From Candidatus Aminicenantes bacterium (GTDB lineage: Bacteria > Acidobacteriota > Aminicenantia > Aminicenantales > JAFGBC01), in assembly GCA_963702005.1 (NCBI GenBank), contig OY969696.1:1440001-1504000 (forward strand): 64,000 nt of DNA, in the 5' to 3' direction. The notes below the pieces were generated by a model that worked only from the letters and a program-made list of their open reading frames with translations, did no database searches and was not told where the DNA came from. Below, one piece after another: positions 64,000 to 64,000 of this stretch (the first letter of the stretch is position 1; each line of letters starts with the position of its first letter). The position numbers and the translations under genes are program-made.

Positions 64000-64000
64000 G

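Overview
GC-rich bacterial chromosomal window; the gene set and style suggest an anaerobic diderm such as Candidatus Aminicenantes/Acidobacteriota (inference only). It is mostly housekeeping and envelope genes: fadL-like, galU, an APC permease, a B12 radical SAM enzyme, tRNA-Phe, msbA-like, yicC-gmk-coaBC-udg-priA, coaD-pilMNOPQ plus two lipoproteins, pcm, a phosphohexomutase, ftsB, sppA, a NatAB-like ABC exporter, an ECF sigma/anti-sigma operon, tsaB-rimI, truA, four GT4 glycosyltransferases and most of an Mrp-linked group 4 [NiFe]-hydrogenase operon. No integrase, transposase or cas gene is present. Most notable: (1) a tricarboxylate-metabolism cluster with two LeuC/D-aconitase-family enzymes, an SCS-beta-like ligase, an SCS-alpha::citryl-CoA-lyase fusion, an HD hydrolase and an NADP-signature (homo)isocitrate dehydrogenase; (2) the ~6.3-kb ligase/lyase cassette lies between 56-bp direct repeats of the leuD-like 3' end, and the ~240 bp at its left edge is a collinear miniature of the three genes beyond its right edge; (3) an intergenic array at 48.9-49.3 kb of 24-nt repeats separated by covarying hairpins, which is not CRISPR; (4) a 138-bp MITE-like structured element; (5) an ECF operon with a sigW-like promoter and three exported proteins sharing one unrecognised domain; (6) apparently catalytically dead Asd and PriA-helicase homologues. 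All calls were made by eye from the sequence and ORF track; no searches were run.
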